Positions 1 to 16,960 of a stretch of 64,000 bases of DNA are shown here, one piece after another. Under the pieces are notes generated by a model. It had not been told where the DNA came from, searched no databases, and was given only the letters and a program-made list of their open reading frames with translations. Where the stretch lies: the NCBI GenBank assembly GCA_963575745.1, contig CAUYUJ010000126.1, forward strand, positions 124,001-188,000, read 5' to 3'. Position 1 is the first letter of the stretch; the number at the start of each line of letters is the position of its first letter. The translations under genes were made by a program, and so were the position numbers. This DNA comes from Prorocentrum cordatum. Its lineage: Eukaryota.

Positions 1-3122
<3,122 letters not shown>

Positions 3123-4150
3123 TGGGGGAGGAGTGGGCCGTGAATGCGGAGAGGAGGTGAAGGCGTAGGTCGGGGAGTCGGTGCCGGAGGATGGGGAGAA
3201 GGAGTGGACGAGGCCGCGTCTTGTCTGGCCTGCGCTCCCTGGACGGAGGATCTCATCTCGCTGGACGTCGGGAGCGTCTTCCTCCTGCCTTCCGCTTTCG
3301 CCAGTGACCTCGACGCGCAGACTGGCCGAGAGGTGACCCCGCTAGCTCGTGGGGCGGGGGAACAGGAGACGGAGGACGAATCTCAATGTTTTTGTGTGCG
3401 TGTGTGACGGTGTGTATATCGAGTGGCCTTCGGTTCATCCCGCCGCCGTGCCTGGGCTGTGGGTTAGAGGCTTCTTCGATGTTCGTTTGGATATCGTGGG
3501 AGGCCTTTCGGGGGCTTCGTGGAGGCAGTTTTGGGGCCGCCTGGGGTCCTCTTGGGGCCTCTTTTTGAATCTCTTTTTGAGCCTCTAGGGGGGCCTCTCC
3601 TGGGGCCTCCAAGGTGCCTCCTTGGCTCTCTTGGGGGCACACGATGAATCTTGACACGCCAAAACCATTTAAGGAACAACCCGAACCAACAACAAGCACA
3701 TCAAAGTTACACCTAACTCCCGACCGCCACCACCTGACTGATGAAGTGGTGTCGTTTCGGTTTGGCTGTTCCTTACTTGTTGTTTGATTTGCCAGCCGTA
3801 GTTTGTTTGTTATGTTGTTTGGTTGTCCGTCTAGTGTGTTTTTGGTTCCCCACCGCCACCAGAAGGAATCGACGCGTAATCTGCCCACAAAGCGGCTTCG
3901 GTTGTACCCCCTACATCAGGAAGCCTAAATGTAGATCTTCTACATGAGTAATCGATTCCTCCTGCTCCGCCTTTTCTTCATCGATGTGTACGGGTGAGAG
4001 CTCCTGACCTCGTCCCTTTCCCCATCCAGCCTGGATCTCCTTCGTCACGCCCCCCGCTTGGCCTGTACAGCCACACATATCCATATACAAATACCTATAC
4101 GACCACCCTGCGGGTGATAAGGAGGTGAGGGGGGAGGGGTAACCAACGTC

Positions 4151-4645
4151 TCACTCAATCGATCTCGCTATCGATCTCACAATCGATCTCACATTCGATC
4201 TCACTATCGATATCACTATCGATCTCGCTATCGATCTCACTATCGATCTCACAATCGATCTCACAATCGATCTCACATTCGGTTTCACATTCGGTCTCAC
4301 TGTCGATCTCACTATCGATCTCACAATCGATCTCACAGTCGATCTCACATTCGGTCTCACATTCGGTCTCACTATCGATCTCACTATCGTTCTCACAATC
4401 GATCTCACAATCGATCTCACATTCGGTTTCACATTCGGTCTCACTATCGATCTCACAATCGATCTCATTATCGATTTTCACTCGGCAATTTTCACTCGGC
4501 ACCATCATCATCATAATCATCATTACCATCATCATCTCGCAATCGATCTGACTATCGATCTCACCATCGATCTCACTATCGATCTCACAATCGATCTCAC
4601 ATTCGGTCTCACTATCGATGTCACAATCGATCTCACAATCGACGT
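4151..4645. repeat. 12-bp minisatellite TCGATCTCACWA with TCGGTYTCAC variants
   Basis: Tens of tandem copies are visible. They produce the RSIV/EID repeat ORFs. Confidence 0.95.
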
Positions 4646-4755
4646 CATCATCATCATCATCATCAACAACAACACCAACATCATCATCATCATCAGCATC
4701 GCCATCATCACCATCATCATCACCATCATCATCATCATAAGCATCCACATGATCA

Positions 4756-5061
4756 TCGGGACACCGACGGGACACCGACCGGACACCAGCGGGACACCGG
4801 CGGGACACAGCGCGCCACCGGCCGCCCGGAAGAGACACATTTGGTCCGGCCGCGCCTCAGCCACAGGGACACCGACGGGACACCAGCGGGACACCGGCGG
4901 GACACCGCGCGCCACCGGCCGCCCGGAAGAGACACATTTGGTCCGGCCGCGCCTCAGCCACAGGGACACCGACGGGACACCAGCGGGACACCGGCGGGAC
5001 ACCGCGCGCCACCGGCCGCCCGGAAGAGACACATTTGGTCCGGCCGCGCCTCAGCCACAGG
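4756..5061. repeat. 97-bp tandem repeat, 3 copies, built partly from CGGGACACC sub-repeats
   Basis: AGAGACACATTTGGTCCGGCCGCGCCTCAGCCACAGG occurs at 4831, 4928 and 5025. Confidence 0.95.
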
Positions 5062-6914
5062 AGACTTTCCTCTCGCCCGCCCACGCAGCTTCGCCTCGCC
5101 CGCGCGCACGGCACGCACGAACACGAAACCGAAATCGATTTTCCGGTAGGGGGGCTCTCCGTTCCACTTCGATCTCACCCCCTCACCTCCGACTTGTTAT
5201 GCGCTTTGTTTGCATAATATTTGCAGACATGCATGCATGCACACATATTTGTTTTTGTGCATGCGTGTATATATATATATATATATATATGTGTGTATCG
5301 GTGTTTGACACTTATGGATTCTCTCGGAACCTGTTGGTAAGCCTCCAGCCTGGGACCTCTGGGGACCACCGGGGATTGTAAGGCGGGAGAGAGTTTGCAG
5401 ATTTGCTGTGCATTTCGGATGCTCGGCTGTGTCCTCCAGCTGTTAGATTGTAGATCACGGGATCTTCTGCTCGTCCTGCATAGATTGTATATCGGCGAAT
5501 AGCGCCCAAAAACGCCATACAGCGCTCAGTCGCGCAAGTATCGTCCAATAGCGTTTTGTATCGCCGAACAGCGCTCCAATCTCGTCCTTAACCGACCAAT
5601 GGCGCCCAATGGCGCCATGCGAGGGGGATGCATCGTGTTCGCCTTGCCCGCGATTGGGCGCGGTATTGGGCGTCATGGGGGCGCCCCAAGGCCTCCGTGA
5701 GTTGCCTTCTAACTGTTGCCCCGCCCATCGAGAGCTCTGCGGGGACGCCAGGATCGCCAGGAGCGGCCCCCTCGGGCCCGAGGCACGGCCGAAGAGTCCC
5801 TCTTGGCGTCCCGAGACAAGCGCGCGATTCGCACTCACATTGGATCTGAGCCCGCAGGGGCCCGTTTCCGACGAGCGCCCGTTGGGATGCTCAGTGCCCT
5901 CCTCCCCCTCCCTCCTCCTCCTCCTCCTCCTCCTCCTCCTCCTCCTCCTCCTCCTCCTCCTCCTCCCCCTCCTCCTTGTCAATGTGCGTGGCACCGGTCC
6001 TAGGCTTGGGAGGGATGGATTGGTGCTGATCCCATGGCTCTGCCAACAGGATCGGTACTCGGCATGGTTGGGGTGTTCATGACGGTACGGCTCTGGCACA
6101 CGGAGCGGCTAATGGGGCAACGGGAACCAAGGGAACTTTTATATCAAAGCCACCTCGTTGGATCCACCGCCGCCCCCCTCGCCTTCTGGAAGCGCGTGCG
6201 CGAGGGGATTTCGAGCGCTCTCGCGGCCACGCTGGTGGGCTGTTTGTTCCGCCGGCCGTTGGGGAAACCACTGGGTGGAGCTCTGGGGAGGGGCGGTCTG
6301 GTCTCGGGGCTCTTTTCCGGCCTTCTGTTGCCTTCTTGGCCGTGGGATCCGCTTGGGCTTTCGGGCCGCCTGGCGCCTTCAGAGGCAGTCGTGGGGGCCT
6401 CCCCTGGGCCGTCTTGGGGACCTCGTGTCGCTCTCTGGGGGGCAGTCTTGGGGCTCTCTTGGGCCCGTCTCCGGGCCATCTTGGGGTCTGCTTGGGGCCC
6501 TGCTGGGCTGTCTTGGCCCAGCTTTGGGGGCCTCTTGGGCCAGTTCTGGCGCTCTGAAGACCAGGAGTGCGAGAACCCGAAAAACGCTCAACATCACACT
6601 AAGAACATACAGTCAACCCGCATAGTAAGGGTGAGCACCTCTCCAGCGTTACCCTTGCATCCTTGCCCCTTCGGCCCATCTCTGGCAACTTTCGCTGAGC
6701 AGCCCCGCTCGAAAAGCGTCAAGATGGCCTTCCAAGGCCCAGAAATATGCAAGCTAGATTGGCGCGTAAGCTGCCTGGGTAACCTCATGCCCGTGAGAAT
6801 AAACACTAGGGGATAATGAAGTTCAGGGTTCAGGGAGAGATAATAAAAGTAGCCCAGCAGACCTCAGCATAATCTCGAAGTAAGAGATGATCAAGAGGAG
6901 ACCAAGCCGAGCAC

Positions 6915-7283
6915 GTTTTGAGACATCCTTGGCGTTTAGTTTTCATAGAAATATCCTCAACAATGGCTTATCTCGCTGGAGACATCCTCGACAAATCCCT
7001 TGTTTCGCTTGAGACATCCGCAAACTATTGCTTATTTCGCTTGAGACACAGTCAAACTATTGCTTATTTCGCTTGAGACATCGAGACATCCTCGACGAAT
7101 CACTCGTTTCGCTTGAGACATCCTCGTCGAACCTCTCGGTTCGCTTGAGGCATCCTCGAGCAATTGCTGTTTTCGCTTGAGACATCCTTAAGAAACGCAT
7201 CGTTTCGCTTCAGACATCTATATGCTTGTTTCGCTTCGAACATTCTCGAGTATATGCTTGTTTCGCTTGAGACATCCTCGGAA
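6915..7283 (+). repeat. Array of ~11 TTTCGCTTGAGACATCCTCG boxes at ~30-bp period with variable 10-13 bp linkers
   Basis: Visible conserved box alternating with divergent linkers. A smaller related cluster lies at ~8125-8225. Confidence 0.85.
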
Positions 7284-7439
7284 TAGCTCATCCGCCTCGG
7301 CGTCCCTACATAATCAACGGCGGCGATAATAAAGTTCAGGCGGGCGGAGGAATGGAGGAAACTATATATAAAAAAGAAAAATAAAACTAATAAAGAATAA
7401 AATAAAAGAAATGATAGGAGGAGGAGAAGGAGGAAAAGA

Positions 7440-8060
7440 AGAACAAATCTCGAGTTTCAAATCTATTAGATTTTATTTACAAGTGCTTTATGACAATTGT
7501 TTTTTGTAAGTGCTCGTGTAGGGTAGCTCATGTGCCTCAATTTCCATGGATAATCAACCCCAGAGATAAAAAAGTTCAGGCGAGCGTGGGGACAGAGAGA
7601 CATATAAAAGAAGAAGAATACAGTAGAAGAATAATAAGAAAGAAGAAGAAGAGGAGAATAATAAGAGGACGAAGAAAGGAAAAATCCGCAGTTCCAAATC
7701 TATCAATTTTTATTTACAAGCGCTTTATGAAAATTGATTTTTAAGTGCTCGTGTAGGGTAGCTCATGTGCTTCATTTTCCATGGATAATCAACCCCAGGG
7801 ATAAAAAAGTTCAGGCGAGCGTGAGGACAGATAGAAATATAACATATGAAGAGGAAAGTAGAAGAATAATAAGAAGAGAAGAAGAAGAGAATAATAATAA
7901 CAGAAGAATAACGGAAAAATGGAAAGTTTCAAATCTACCAAGTTTAATTTACAAGCGCTTTATGAACATTGATTTTTTAAGTGCTCATGTAGGGTAGCTC
8001 ATGTGCTCCCCTTTCCATGGATAATCAACCCCAGAGATAAAAAACGTCCAGGCGCGCGCG
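7440..8060 (+). repeat. AT-rich ~235-bp tandem repeat, 3 copies
   Basis: The block TTTACAAGYGCTTTATGA...GTAGGGTAGCTCATGTGC...TTTCCATGGATAATCAACCCCAGRGATAAAAAA recurs at ~7477, ~7713 and ~7948. Confidence 0.9.
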
Positions 8061-10876
8061 GGGAAAGATACATATATAAAAAGGAAGATAATAAAACATA
8101 TAAATGAAAAGAAACAACTTGCTGGTTTAGCTTGAAACATCCTTGAGACATCCTTGGAACATTGCTCGTTTCGCTTGAGTCTGCCTCCCAAAAATTTTGG
8201 TTTCGCTTAAGACATCCTGAAAAAGTGTGATCGCTTCGCTTGATGTTGCTATATCAACATCGCTTGATGTTGCTATCTCAACATAGCGTTTCGAGGTGAT
8301 AATGAAGTTCGGCCTCAGCGCTCGCCGCCCAATTTGAATTTTGTATAGGGCGACGATAATCAATTCTGAACACTGAAGGGGGGGGGGTCCCTTTATTATC
8401 ATCGGCATGCGGTTAAAGCCGCGCGTGAGCGTCCTCGTTTCCAATGTAGCGCGCAGCGCCGGCGGTCCGTGTAAGCCACCGCGTAGGGGCGCTACAGCCA
8501 ATCCGCATAGTAAGGATGAGCGGCTTTCCCTTCGGCCAATCCTCGGCCGCTTTCGCTGGCCGCGCCCTACTTACAGAGTGTCGACATGGCCTTCCAAGGC
8601 CATTGCATCCTTACCGCGCATCCTTACTCTGCGGGTAGACAGTGCATGACATCTGCCTGGGGGAGGAGGAGGACGGAGGAGGAGGAGGAGGAGGAGGAGA
8701 AGGAGGAGGAGGAGTAGAAGGAGAAGGAGAAGGATAATAAAAAGGAGAAGGATAATGAGGAGGAGGAGGAGGAGACGGAGGAGACGGAGGAGGAGGAGGA
8801 GGAGGAGGAGGCGGAGGAAGAGGAGGCTGACTGTACATGATATCTGCCTCGGCACCTGAAATCTGCCTCGTGATGCCTCCCGGGGGGGGGCCCATGGGCT
8901 CTGCCCTCGACGTGTGGCCGGCGCCCTCGGCTCTGGCAGCCTGCTCTCCTTCGGCGCCCCGCCGCGCTTGGCAGGACCGCCCGCGGCTCTGACGTCGAGG
9001 GCTGCAGACCGTACGCGCCTGGGGTGGTGTATGGCCTTCCTCCTCCTCCTCCTCCTCCTCCTCCTCCTCCTCCTCCTCCTCCTCCTCCTCCTCCTCCTCC
9101 TCCTCCTCGTTGTCCTCCTCCTGCTCCTGCTCCTCCTCCTCCTCCCCCTCCTCCTCCTCCTCCTCCGCCTCCTCGAGGCCTGCAAACCGTACGCGCCCTT
9201 TTTCGAAGAAGAAACAACGGCAGAAACATAATTAAGCTTTTGGCGCTTCGCACGGGTGTCCTGGAGCCGCGCTGGGGGACCCCCCGGCGGCGCCTGTGGC
9301 GCCGGGGGTCCGGCGCAGATCCAAGAATTCCGCGCGGAGCGCCAAAAGTTCAAGTTTCTGTATTTTTTCTTTTCTACTCTTCTCAGAGGAGGAAAAAGTA
9401 CCCACACCGCTGTCTTTGCCTCGTTTCCCCCCCTCCCCCTCCTGGGCCTCCTGGGAGGTCCTTGTCGCCACCGCCGGCTTTGCCTCGGAGTTCTGGCCAG
9501 GCTGCACCCTGGGAGCGGTCCAGGGAGTGGCGGTACCGGGACCGGTCCGAGGCGGGAATCTACACATGACCACCGCCTGGAGGACCAATTTCCGGGCACC
9601 TCGACAGGCGGCGGATGTGGAGATATTCGGGCCCCTGGGGGCGAAAATATGTCCATATCCACCGCCCGCTGGGGCACACCAGGACGTCGGTCCCCAGACG
9701 CTGGATGTGGATGAGTCCCCGCCTCGCAGTGAGTCGATACCTTTGGGTCTCCCCGCCTCTGGCCACCTCGGGGGGCCTGTGGGGTGGTCGTTATGCGGCC
9801 TGCCGTGGGGCTTCGGCGGGACGGGCCGCAGGCGGCCGGTGACTCCTCCTCTTCCTCCTCCTCCTCCTCCTCCTCCTCCTCTTCTCCTCTCCTCCTCCCC
9901 TCCTCTTCTCCTTCTCCTCCTCCTCCTCCTCCTCCGCCTCTTCTTCTTCTTCCTCCTCCTCCTCCTCCTCACAATCAAATCTGTGCGCCCACCCTTTGGG
10001 CAGGTCGGCGGGCTCCAGGGGCGGCGGATGCAGTGGCCTTCGGCTCCTCCCGCCACCGCGCCCAGGGCTTGGACCAGAGGCCCCCCGAAGGCTTCGTGCG
10101 GGGCCTCTTGGGGGCCGTCCCTTCCTCGCCTCCCGCCCCCCCGGCCTCCTCCCTTTGTCGCCCCTCCTTTCTCCCAGTCTCGTCCCCGCCCTCTTTATCC
10201 TCCAGGGTCTCGTGCCCTCTCGTCCGCCTTCCCTCCGCCCCAGCCTCCCCAGACCTCCGAGGCCCTGGGAGCCGGAGGCACAGCGGGGCGGTTGCGTCTC
10301 CACGCTGGGGTGTCGAAAGGCGTGCCCGAGGGCCAGAGTAGTAACAGCAAGGCCGATACGCAATTCCCACTCAAAGTTTCTCTTCCCCCCTTCTTTCCTC
10401 TTCCGCCCCCTTCTTCTTCTTCTTCTTCTCCTTCTTCTCTCCTCCTCCCTCGTCCTGGCCTGGTCGTTTCGCTCGCGTTGTCGCCCCTTCGTCCTGCGCC
10501 CCTCGTGTCGTCTTCCTTTTCTCTGGCCGTCGTTTTCCCGCTCCGGTTCTGGGCCCCCGCGTTTTTTCGGGTTCGCCGTGGGTTTTTCATGGCCCTGCCC
10601 CGCAGTGTGATCAGGTTCAGGGGTCCCATCTCAGGATCCCGCTTCAGGAATTCCCGCCTCGGGACCAGGACGCATCGCGGACGGCCTCGTCGCTGCGCCC
10701 CCCCTCTCTCCCCCCCTCCCTCCCCTCGGCGAGGGCCGTCATTAGGCCTCGCCGGTGTGGGCAGCCAATAGGCCTCACGCCCCTCGCAGCTTCCATCAAA
10801 TGGGTTGCTTTGGTTCCGGCACCCATCAGTCACCCTTCAGTTCTGCCGTCAATTTGCACTGGAGGGGGCCGAGGAT

Positions 10877-11077
10877 GATGGACCCGTTTTCCACCACCAC
10901 CACCACCACCATAAGTTGGAGGGGGGAAGGAGGTGGAGGAGGAGGAGGAGGAGGAGGCGGATGAGGAGGAGGAGGAGGAGGAGGAGGAGGAGGAGGAGGA
11001 GGCCCAGGAGGAGGAGGACCCCCGTCCCCTCCTGCTTATGGTGGTGGTGGTGGTGGTGGTGGAAAACAAGCCCATCA
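10877..11077. repeat. Inverted repeat with ~40-45 bp arms enclosing a (GGA)n loop
   Basis: GATGGACCCGTTTTCCACCACC...CATAAG is the near reverse complement of CTTATGGTGGTGG...GGAAAACAAGCCCATC. Confidence 0.8.
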
Positions 11078-11814
11078 GAGGACACCCTTACGGTCCCTCG
11101 GCCAGCGAAGACGGCCGTAGGAGGGGGTTGGCCCAGACCTTCACCCCAAAGCACATGTGCCACCACCTGCAACTAGAGGCTCCAATTGCCACCCACCACT
11201 TCTATCCTTCTCCCTCCGTGCTTCCTTTGCCCCGCCGCCTCTTGGACCTTCGAAACCTGGTGGAATCTCCCAGACCCTCACAGGAGCCTGTCAACGATCC
11301 TCGACACCCGTAGGCTCCAGGTGGTCCCACAGGACGAAAAGGCCACGTTACTTCCGCTGTGGGATCAGCCCCTTCGTGTGAAAGTACAAGAGAGCCACAG
11401 GAGTGCAGCGATGGAGTCTGGCCATCCCTTCCGCTGCCCCCCTGGACGGGCGAGCAGCTGAAGCAGCGTGTGCTACGACGCCACGGCTGGCTCAAATCCG
11501 GGCTCGATTGGTTGTCGAGTTCGGGCGCCTTGCAGTCTTCCATCCCTGGCAGTGGCGGGACTTCGAGTTAAGACGAGGCCTCCGTCAGGTCACTGTAAGA
11601 TTTGTTGCTTCGGCAGTTCTGGTTATACAGGCCGTTCTGTTGCATTCCAGGCCTTCTCCATCCGACAGTTCCCACACGCCAACATGCCACGACCAGGGCG
11701 GAGATGGTGGGTAACAGGAAACGGAGCCGAGGATGATGCCATGACGAGCGCCATGCAGAATTTCAACGTCCTGGATCGAAGCGGCGGGCCTGAACTATGA
11801 CAACATACGAAACA

Positions 11815-12023
11815 GAGGATGATGATGCTGATTCTGATGGTGCTGATGATGTTGACGATGACGATGGTGAGGAGGGGGAGGACACGCGCATTGACGACGA
11901 TGATGATGACGATGATGCTGATGATGATGATGCTGATGATGATGCTGCTGATGATGATGATGCTGATGATGCTGCTGCTGATGATGATGATGATAATGAT
12001 GATGATGATGATGATGATGATGC

Positions 12024-12073
<50 letters not shown>

Positions 12074-12118
12074 GGGAGGAGGAGGAGGAGAAGGAGGAGG
12101 ATGAGGAGGAGGAGGAAG
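11815..12118. repeat. (GAT)n/(GGA)n microsatellite
   Basis: Directly visible. Confidence 0.9.
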
Positions 12119-12549
12119 TACCTGTTTCCGTGGTGCGCGCTGCACCTAATCAACTCTTGCAGTAATGGGAGAAACTCTGGGTGTGCGCGACGCCTTACCA
12201 ACTCTCGCAGTACCCATACTGTTTCACCCCTCTTCTTTCTTTTTTGAATTCGGTGCCTGGCTGCGGCTGTCGTGCTTCGGTCGAGTCGGGGAGGAGCAGG
12301 AGGAGCAGGAACAGGAGGACGGACAGGACATTCACAAGGGTGTGTGGGACCCAGACCACCGATGTCATGGTTCGTTTCATAACCTCGGCCCCCGAGAGGT
12401 CTCGACCCATACCTTGGGACCGGCTTTACATTCCAGGCCATCTCTTGACAGTCCCAGGACCTGGCGAGGGCCCCCCATAGGCCGAACATCCGAAGCTTAC
12501 TGCCGTTTTTTGTTCTTGCGACGCAAGGTGGCCTGAGAAAGAAGGAAGC

Positions 12550-12718
12550 GGAGGAGGCGGAGAAGGAGGGAGAGGAGGAGGAGGAGGAGGACGAGGAGGA
12601 TGAGAAGGAGGAGCAGGACGATGAGGAGGAAGGCCCTTCCTACCTGGGCCAGGTGCGTCATTCCACAAGGGTGTTAAACGCAGAAGGAGGAGGAGGAGGA
12701 GGAGGAGGAGGAGGAGGG

Positions 12719-12778
<60 letters not shown>

Positions 12779-13003
12779 GGAGGAGGAGGAGGAGGAGGAG
12801 GAGGAGGAGGAGAAGGAGGAGGGGGAGGACTAGGAGGACGAGGAGGAGGACGAGGAGGACGATGAGCAGGAGGAGAAGAAGGAGGAGAGAGAGGAGGAGG
12901 AGGACGACGAGGAGGAGGAGGAGGAGCAGAAGGAGGAGCAAGAGGAGCAGAGAATGGGGAGGAGGGTCAGGAGGCACATGCTGATGATGATGATGCTGGT
13001 GCC

Positions 13004-13058
<55 letters not shown>

Positions 13059-13112
13059 CTGATGATGCTGATGATGATGATGATGATGTTGATTTTGATG
13101 ATGATGATGATG

Positions 13113-13145
<33 letters not shown>

Positions 13146-13211
13146 CTGATGATGCTGATGACGATGATGCTGATGGCAATGCTGATGATGCTGATGATGA
13201 TGATGATGGTA

Positions 13212-13281
<70 letters not shown>

Positions 13282-13875
13282 TGCTGATCATGATGCTGGT
13301 GATGATGACGATGACGATGATGCGGATGATGATGATGATGACGATGCTGACACGGATGATGATGCTGCTGATGATGATGTTGGCGATGATGATGTTGTTG
13401 CTGAGATGGATTATGATCCTGATGATGCTGATGATACTGATGATGATGCTGAGGTTGTTGATGACGACGACGATGGTGATGATGATGATGACGACGACGA
13501 TGACGATGCTGTTGTCGTTGATTATGATGATGGTCATGTTGATCATGCTGATGATGATGCTGATGATGATGATGCTGCTGATGATGATGATGATGATGAG
13601 GAAGATGGGGGAGGAAGAGGAGGAGGAGGAGAAGGAGGAGGGTGAGGAGTTGGCACTACTGGTGGTGATGGTGATGGTGCTGCTGATGATGCTGATATGG
13701 TGATGGTGGTGGTGATGCTGATGATGGTGGTGATGCTGATGACGGTGATGATGGTAATGATGGTGCTGATGATGGTGATGATGATACTGCTGATGATGAT
13801 GATGCTCATGCTGATGCTGATGCTGATGCTGGTGATGACGATGACGCTGATGATGCAGATGCTGCTGCTGCTAAA

Positions 13876-13918
<43 letters not shown>

Positions 13919-13984
13919 CTGATGCTGATGATGCTGATGATGATGATGCTGATGATGATGATGATGTTGATGATACTGATGATG

Positions 13985-14024
<40 letters not shown>

Positions 14025-14369
14025 GGAGGAGGAGGAGGAGGAGGAGGAGGAGGAGGAGGAGGATGATCATGCTGATGCTGATGTGGAAGAGGGGGAGAGG
14101 AGGAGGAGGAGGAGGAGGAGGAGGAGGAGGAGGCGGAGGAGCAGGAGGAGGAGGACGAGGAGGAGGACGAGGAGAGGGAGGGAGGAAGGAGGAGGATGAG
14201 GAGGAGGAGAGGAGGAGGGGGAGGAGGAGGAGGAGGAGGATGGGGGGGGATTTGGAGGAGGATGAGGAGAAGGAGCAGGAGGAGGGGGAGGAGGATAAGG
14301 AGGAGGAGGAGGAAGAGGAGAGGGAGGAGGTTCAGGACGAGGAGGAGGTGGAGGAGGAGGAGGATGATG

Positions 14370-14402
<33 letters not shown>

Positions 14403-14930
14403 GGAGGAGGAGGAGGAGGAGGAGGAGAGGAGGAGAAGGAGGAGGAGGAGGAGAAGAAGAAAGAGGAGGAATATGAGGAGGAGAAATAGGAGGAGGAGCA
14501 GGAGCAGGATGAGGAGCATGGGGAGGAGGAGAAAGATGTGGAGGAGGAGGAGGAGGCGGAGGAGGAGAAGGAGGAGAAAGATGATAACGAGGAGGAGGAA
14601 GCAGATGAGGAGGAGGAGGAGGAGGAGGAGGAGGAGTAGAAGAAGAATGGGGGGGGGAGGGGGAGGGGGAGGACGAGGACGAGGAGGACTAGGCCGAGGA
14701 CACGACGTCGAGGACGAGGAGGACGAGGAGGCTGGGCCAGAGGTGCGCTGGTCAACGGACCTCTTCGCGAGGGAGGCGCTGCGCCTTCGCCGCGCGCTCT
14801 TCGGCGCGGGCCTCGGCCACCCTGCACGTCGTCTGGTCGTCGACGCTCGTCGTCGTCGTCGTCATCTTCTTCGTCGTCGTCGTCCGTCTTCCGGCGTCCG
14901 TCGTCCGTAGTCCGTCGTCCGTCGTCGTCA

Positions 14931-14962
<32 letters not shown>

Positions 14963-15059
14963 GTCCGTCGTCGTCGTCGTCGTCGTTGTCGTCCGTCGTC
15001 GTCGTCGTCGTCGTCCGTCGTCGTCGTCGACGTCGCCAGAACTCGTCGTCGTCGTTTTT

Positions 15060-15101
<42 letters not shown>

Positions 15102-15130
15102 CGTCGTCGTCGTCGTCGTCGTCGTCGTCG
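12550..15130. repeat. Compound microsatellite field: (GGA)n, (GAT)n, degenerate (GAT/GCT)n, (CGT)n
   Basis: Directly visible. It is the source of the poly-M/D/I/H/R/E ORFs. Confidence 0.95.
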
Positions 15131-16659
15131 GCTCCGTCGGGGACTTCGCCTGAGCGTGTCGCTTCGCCGGCCCTGGCTCGCCACGCCTCGGCGCCTCGCG
15201 CTGTCCGCGTCCCCAGCGCCCCGCGGCGTCGGCGTCCCGAGCCCTGGAGGCCCCCATGCGGAGCGGAGGGGCACGCCATCCGCTCGCCTGGGCGAAGCGT
15301 GCCGCCTGGGCTGCCACTGCGACCTGCCAAGCGAGCATTCCTCCTCCTCCTCCTCCTCCTCCTCCTCCTCCTCCTCCTCCTCCTCCTTCTCCTTCTGAGA
15401 AGCAGCCTCCTTCTAAGAAGCCTTCTCCCCTCCGCCTGCCCCCTTATGCGCGCCCCCTAAGCGAGCATTCCTGACCGTAGTCGTATCGCTGATCTATGGG
15501 GAGCGGTTGCGGGCGCTCTCGCCTGGACGCCGGCTGCAACTGCTTCGCAGGCGAAGCGCCCGCTCGAGCCTGGGGTGACGATATTTCGGGCTCCGCTGCT
15601 CTGCTGCTCCGCTGCTCCGCTCGGCCGGTCGACGTCTGGCGACGACGACGACGATTATGACAACGTTAAACGACGACTATGACGATAAACGACGACGATG
15701 ACAAACACGACGACAAACACGACGACGGCCACCACCACCACCACCACCACCACCACCACCACCACCACCACCACCACCACCACCACCACCACCACGGCGT
15801 CGACGACGACGGCGGCGGCGGCGGCCGCGGCGACGATCACGTCGACGACGACGACGATGAGGACGACGATGACGGCGACGACGGCGACGATGGCGACGAC
15901 GACGACGCCGACGTGGACGACGACGACGACGACAGGACCGATTTCGAGTGCCGACCTGTCGCTGCCGATCTGTCGGCTCCTGGACCTGTCCTGGGGCGCG
16001 TTCTGGACAGAGCTTCGGGACGGACCCAGCCGCAGCCACGGTGCGCCCAAGGACGACCAGTAACGCCCAGAGAGCGAACCTCGACCCTCTCAGACATCCG
16101 GCGACGTGTTTTTATCCCATCCGCAGCCCCAGAGTTCCTGACCCCCTTCCCGGATGTGTTTTTCCGTCCCGGATCAGATTTTCACGGCCCCAGGGCCCGA
16201 TGACGAGCCCCAGAGGCCGAAGTATAGAACACGCGCCAAGATTGAGAACGTCACGTCGTTCCCGGCTGATCGGATGCCCATTTCTTCTGCGTCGCGGCCG
16301 ACGAGATCGGTCGCTACCGATTCTGCTTCAAAATTTCAGTAACAGCAGCGGTCGGCCGGGATCGAGTTCGAGTGCCGAGCAGTCGCTGCCGAGCACGACC
16401 GAGCAGATCGGGTGCCCCATGATGTGGGCGCGACCCTCGCGCCTCGACGGGGCCCGCCCGCCCTGGGCCTTGCCTCGGGTGTTCGATCATGGGCCCCTCG
16501 TGATAGCCGCGAGCATCCAGCTTCCACGCCGAAGACCGCCGAAGATCGCGGGAGGCCGCCGAAGACTGCCGGAAGACTGCCGAGGCCCGCCAGAAGGCCG
16601 CCGAAGACCGCCCAGAGGCAGATGGGTGCCCGGGGTTGGCGGCACGCATCGCGGCGTGA

Positions 16660-16960
16660 GGGGGGAGGCCTTCTGAGGAGGCGGCGCGCTTCTCAGAAGG
16701 CAGGGGCCTTCTTAGAGGGCTTCTGGTAAGTCGGGCATGTCCCTCTACGGGAGGCATGTTCACACACAGTCAACAAAAACAGTCTGGGGATAACTTGTCG
16801 ATTATGTTCGGCAACTTCTTGACACTATGTTGCCACTTTTTATTTTGCCTCCGAAGTCCGCCTGTGGGAGGACATGCCCGACCTGAGGCTCTTGAGAGGG
16901 CCCCTGCCTTCTTGGAAGCCAGAGGCCCCCCCGCCGCCTCAGAAGGCCGCCCCCCCCCCG
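16660..16960. repeat. Inverted-repeat module TCGGGCATGTCCCTCTACRGGAGG...CCGCCTGYRGGRGGACWTGCCCGA around a ~100-bp AT-richer spacer; related copies at ~20248-20378 (partial) and ~20923-21055
   Basis: The arms are reverse-complementary by eye, and the same left arm and spacer start recur at 20248 and 20923. Confidence 0.7.

Noticed and set aside
3738..3760. CTGATGA hammerhead-like core
   Set aside because: No stem II followed by GAAA and no closing stems were found.
6915..7283. CRISPR-like repeat/spacer pattern
   Set aside because: Linkers are only ~10-13 bp and partly similar to each other, the repeats are degenerate, there are no cas genes and the context is eukaryotic.
11320..12540. Possible exon fragments of a host gene (also 18910-19106, 21700-22110, 22960-23165, 26300-26900)
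   Set aside because: They look protein-like, but frames are broken and no family or consistent splice model could be supported.
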